A DNA stretch of 64,000 nucleotides from Eutreptiella sp. 'Long Island Sound 2002' (lineage: Eukaryota; Protista; Euglenida): NCBI GenBank assembly GCA_964036045.1, contig OZ038378.1:3224001-3288000 (forward strand). Reading direction: 5' to 3'. Shown in pieces: positions 59,145-64,000 of this stretch; the first letter of the stretch is position 1, and every line of letters begins with the position of its first letter. Made by a program: the position numbers and the translations under genes. The notes beneath the pieces were generated by a model. It saw nothing but the letters and a program-made list of their open reading frames with translations, searched no databases and was not told the DNA's origin.

Positions 59145-60670
59145 ACGCCTCATGAGCGGCATCGTGAGCGTGCACCCTGCATTGAAAACGTGCATGTGGC
59201 TGTACGGGTATCTTTGCCGGGTTTTCTTCAGCCACTGCGCATTGCCTCCTCGTTCCCTCCGCCATCTGGTGATGGCACAGGCGGCAGACAGCCCCAACAT
59301 CCTCCCGTTGATGGCACAGTCCTGGCACGGAGTCCGTTTGGGCCGTCTGATACTCTTCACGCATCTCACGTCAGTTCCTGCAGCGCCATCCCGAGGGCGC
59401 CGGAAGCCCAAAGCCGTCGATTTGGAAGTGGGGGTGACTGCGTTCAACGCGACAGCAGTGCCTGCCCGTCCGTGCTTGAAGGTGTGAGCAGCCGACGCTG
59501 TGAAGGCAATTGGTGCATTGCAGAAGGGGCATGCAGCACCGCCCTGAGGGTGGGTATGGTACACGATTGTCATCTGTGGCTGTGTGGGGATGACATGATG
59601 TCCAGCGCACTGAGTGAACAAGGTGCAGTGTGACCAGCAGCAACAGCGGTGGCATGCTTTTCGAAACCGTTTTTTTTGACCGCTTTGACGGCCGGGCACC
59701 CCTTTGGAGCCTTTCCCAGGCCCGCACCACTCCCGGGTGGGCTCTGGGAGGTTTGGACCTGAAAAATGGCAAAACCGCTTGTTGACAACATGTTGACATC
59801 TGATGCACTGGCATATGGAATGGCATCGTGAGGTGAATTGAGAAAGCAGGATCCAGAAACTATTGAAACTGGCAGAGTGTTGGCAATTGTCGACTGTATT
59901 GAGGGCATTGGGTGTTCTTTGCAGTGCCAAATGCATTCAAACCAAAACAACATCCTTTGTCACCATTTGAACGAGCCAGCACCGAATGCGGATGCGTTTC
60001 ATAAGCAGACACCATTTTGATGTAGGCCCCGCGCTTGGGCCTGTTTGCGGTTTGTCCGAAAAAGTGCCATAAATGGGCCGGAAACAAGTGGAAAATGACC
60101 CTTTGTAACAATGCCCCGGGACCGTGCAGGATGTTTTGGGCGGTTTTGAGAACGCAATCATAGCCCACATACAATGCCATGTGCCCAGTGTACAACAGAA
60201 TGTGCGGAGTGTGCAGTACTATCTCCATCGTGCTCACGACCATCACAAGCAGAGTGCACTCTGCACGTCGCGTGTCCCTTCGAAGGGCATCACAGTCCTT
60301 CAGCAGAGGAAAGGCTCTTTGGTACAGACCAAAAGAATGGCCATTGCACGTCTGGTTTGGGTTGCAGTCAACAGCGGCGCCCGCTGACAGAACTTGCATG
60401 ACCCACAATTCAACACTCCGAACGCAGCGCTCATTGGGCAAGACTGCATCGTGCGCACTCAGTTTCGCTTTTGCATCTGCTCGCTCATCGTCATGCAGAG
60501 GCCTGAAGAGTGGCAGACCCCACCACTGAAGACGAATCGCTTGTCGCTGACACTGGCCGATATACCCACTTCGCGTTCCAGGTTTTTGATCGGGGAACAG
60601 GCACGTCCTCCACAGCAACTGAGGGAGGGGGCCACTGCTGCGTGAGCTCTGCTGCGAAAAAGATACAAGA

Positions 60671-60672
<2 letters not shown>

Positions 60673-60762
<90 letters not shown>

Positions 60763-60805
60763 GCACACGCACGCACGCACGCACGCACGCACGCACCCAC
60801 CCACC

Positions 60806-60843
<38 letters not shown>
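60673..60843. repeat. Compound (CA)n-(CG)n-(CACG)n-(CACC)n-(CA)n microsatellite
   Basis: Read directly from the sequence. Confidence 0.95.
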
Positions 60844-60846
<3 letters not shown>

Positions 60847-60911
60847 CTCATGGTTTGGTCGCATCATTGTTGAACCTCGCAGTTTGAGCATGATTTGAAA
60901 GAATTGGGCGT

Positions 60912-60977
60912 CACACACACACACACACGCACGCACGCACGCACGCATGTACGCACCCACGCACCCACGCACCCACC

Positions 60978-61045
<68 letters not shown>

Positions 61046-61062
61046 AACACACACACAAACAC

Positions 61063-61093
<31 letters not shown>

Positions 61094-61125
61094 AACACAC
61101 ACACAAACACAAACACCACACACCC
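60912..61125. repeat. Second compound (CA)n/(CACG)n/(CACC)n/(CAAACACACA)n microsatellite
   Basis: Read directly from the sequence. Confidence 0.95.
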
Positions 61126-62484
61126 ACACAGCGCGGTCGCCAGAGGCGTACTCACCAGGTCTCCCCGACTCCCCCTCCCCCTGCCGAGGCCTACACACTT
61201 ACGCACAGCGCGCACACAACACACACAGCCCAGCCCGTTTACCTGTACCCGTGGGTAGACATCCCGGCCTTTTGCCTTTTGGTAACAGCGCCTTCGGCAC
61301 ACACCCACACACCGCAAAGCATACACCACATTCAAAATACCCAACACGCGTGTCACGTCGCACACCGCAATGCGCAATGCGCCCTGCACTGCCCACCACA
61401 CACCGCGCCACACACGCCGCGCACCACACGGTGCAGGCCCCTTCTGTGCCGCATTCTCTCGCAGCACTTCCTCACTTCCACGCTTGACCTCCGACGCTTC
61501 GACAGTAGAGTCCCCAGACCATACGTGCCCCGGGCAGTGGACTGTTCCACGCATCATCGACGCCGTAAAGCCCCCTTTGGGAACCACAGCGCCGCGTCAG
61601 GGGGCCCTACGGTCCTGCCTCCGGGTGTCGCCCGGGGGACGCGGCGTTTTGAAGGTGAACAGTCCGCGTCTGTGCCCTCGTCGGATGTGTGGGAGTGGGA
61701 GGGCTGCGCTCAGTGCTGATGCAGGGGCTGCGGGAAGTGCCATGGCGAAGGGCAGGAGACGGTGGGGGAGGGCGAAGGACGGGGAAGAAGGGCAACGTAA
61801 CAGGCCCAGGCAGACGAGGGCCATCTGTGCGATGGCAACACTCACATGATGCCCCACCGACTGCCAGAGGGCCCATTCCAGTGGAACTGCGGAGCATGCT
61901 CCGCAGTTCCAGGGAAACGGCTTCCCAGCAAAAGAAGTAGCACACTAAGAGTACGCCTGCACATCCATTGAGAGGGTATGATCTGCGTGCACTTTCTTGT
62001 GGACTGCCTGCGGCTGAGATTCCGTCAAGGCCGGAGGTCTACAATCAGAGCACAACCGCGTCAAGTTACAATCCTGACCACAAATGCGTGGTCAGGGAAC
62101 ACCAGGACAGCAACGGTTAGACGGGGTCCCGGGCTTCGAAAAGTGCATGCACGGGGGGGGGGGGGTATGGATCTCCTCCATGGCGCTCCAGGGCCCCCAA
62201 CACATATCCCCTGATTGTACCGACCGTGTAGCTTTTTTGGGCTTTGAGGAGTCTTTTAAGGGGCCGTCCTTGAGGGGGCTGTGCCCAGGCAACTGCAGTG
62301 CAAGGAGCAGGGGAGGGCGCGGGGGGTGGCTGGGAGGGCAACTGCAGATATCTTATATCCAAGTGCAGAAAATCAGCACCTGTCTCCGATGATTGAGCAG
62401 CTTCGCAGCGCTGAGGCCCTGGGGTCTGGGGCCTTCGGATGCATGCGCGCGTGCGTGTGCGTGTGCGTGTGCGTCTGCCTGCAG

Positions 62485-62811
62485 GCTGACGTGGCATGGC
62501 CCACGGGCCCTGCACCCTACTCCTCCTCGTGCGGTGCGCACCCAGGCCCCCACGCCGCCCACGTACCCCGCACCAGCTCCAAGGTGACGTGTGGAATGAA
62601 ACCCTCCTCCCGCCCCCCCGGCCCTCAGTCCCCTCACCCCTTCGCTCTCCCCCCCCCCCCCCCCATCTCTGCGTCCGGCATTCCCGTGCGCAGTTGGACG
62701 TCGTGGAGTTAAGTGATGCGGTCCGCAAGCGTCTGCCCGCCGAATGCTGGCCCCGCAAGCCCGGCCGCACCCCTGCCCCGTCTGCAAGTGCCCTCCACAA
62801 GCCCCACTGGC
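62485..62811 (+). CDS. Candidate spliced host exons 62485-62583 and 62694-~62811
   Basis: CTGCAG|99 nt|GTGACG, then a 110-nt intron with a C-rich tract ending GCAG|; the next exon is in phase (LDVVELSDAVRKRLPAECW...). Confidence 0.4.
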
Positions 62812-64000
62812 GGTAGCGCGGTGCACGGGGGGGCAGTGGCGCCGCCTCCTCCTTCTCCGCGGTGCCCCCCCCCCCCCCCCTTCCGCACTGCTGAGCAGCC
62901 TGGGGCCGTTGACGCAAGAGGGGACGGCCGGGTCCCCCACCGCGCGAAGGCCGGACCGCTTGCCTCAGTGCCATGGTCCTGCTCGTGGGCACAGGACATT
63001 TGCGGGTGCCACCGAATACACGACGACCTGATGCCCCTGCGACTGTTTGCCGAACGGACCTCCTATGTCCCGAGCTCGTGGCGTGGAATGGGCCTCTTCT
63101 GGGGGGGGGGGGGGGGAGGTAGGGGAGGGGCTGCGCACTTAACATACCCCAGAATTCCTCAGTACTGCCCGCCTCCCAATGGCCTGGTCGCGTATCCCAC
63201 AGCAGCGGTGTTGAGCACCCTCCAAATTGCGGTGTGTTCGGAATGACTGAATGTGAAGCGTGTCTGTCCGGGCGTGGGAGGGACGCCATGTGGCAGAAGC
63301 AGCAGCTGTGAGCAGAGGGACCACTGCCCCACTCTCACCTCCTGAAAGACCTTTCCCCCGTGGCGTTACATGTCCCACATCGGCAGATGTCGTGGAGATC
63401 TGCCTCCGAACTTCACGGTCTTGGGAAAAACTTCAGGTGAGGCATGCCGGCCGGCTAAAGAGGGACTCCGAGGCGCTGAAGCAGCACCTGTGGGCAAAGG
63501 GACACCCGCCCCACCCTTACCGACGAAACATAGTTTTCGCCACATTCTTTGGACACGTCGACGATTCCAAGTACCAACCGGCATACCCCCCCTTCCCCTG
63601 CTCTCCGGAGCCTCAAGATTCCGCCAAGCGCCAGACACCGGATGGCTGATATGCTGTGGGATGTGGGCGCCACGTTTTTGCATCCCCCCCCCCCCCCCCG
63701 GCAGACCCAAGGCTTGCTGCAGGCACATCTATCAAAAGAGAGTTTTTGTGACGCCCGGAGGACACCCTCAACCCCTGCACTTGGGAAGATGTGCACACAT
63801 TTATAGGCCACATGGCCATTGACTGGTACTGCATCGTATGTGCGCAAGATCGGGTTGGCCCTGGTCTCTGCCTCCGTTGCCGTACCAAGTCCCGGGTCCG
63901 CACTGAGGCTGCGTCTACACCCTCTGCGATGGCATCGGCGCGTCTTGTTTCCAGCGCCACACCAACACACCCCGTGTGCCGTTGCTCCATCCCTAAGGGC

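Noticed and set aside
59860-61587. 575-aa minus-strand ORF as one protein
   Set aside because: It runs through two (GT)n arrays that look intronic; only parts may be exons.

Overview
Repeat-dense, moderately GC-rich eukaryotic DNA with one 200-N assembly gap (24840-25039). The lineage is not provable from sequence. GT-AG introns, acceptor-like sites just before start codons and a VIPER/TATE-type gene order in the retroelement suggest a euglenozoan-like protist (inference). Main contents: (1) a ~1,770-aa ORF (1470-6803) with two CCHC knuckles, four GTSF1/U11-48K-type CHHC fingers, a RanBP2-type finger and a tandem VKSE (SUMO-consensus) array. (2) An intronless cytochrome P450 split by a complete 4.7-kb tyrosine-recombinase retroelement. 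The element has gene order gag-YR-RT/RNaseH and split direct repeats A...BA..B, and is integrated through a shared GAAC core; removing 14239-18962 restores the P450 frame exactly. (3) A young L1/Tx1-like LINE (ORF1; APE-RT-ZnF-RNase H1; a possible extra ORF3) nested inside an older relative. (4) At least three PIF/Harbinger-like MITE families with GGGGG...CCCCC ends, 3-bp TSDs and family-specific 11-bp subterminal direct repeats. (5) A spliced host gene, one exon of which has a 96%-identical inverted copy in the preceding intron. (6) A SINE-like insertion, minisatellites and compound microsatellites. No rRNA, intact tRNA or CRISPR array was found.
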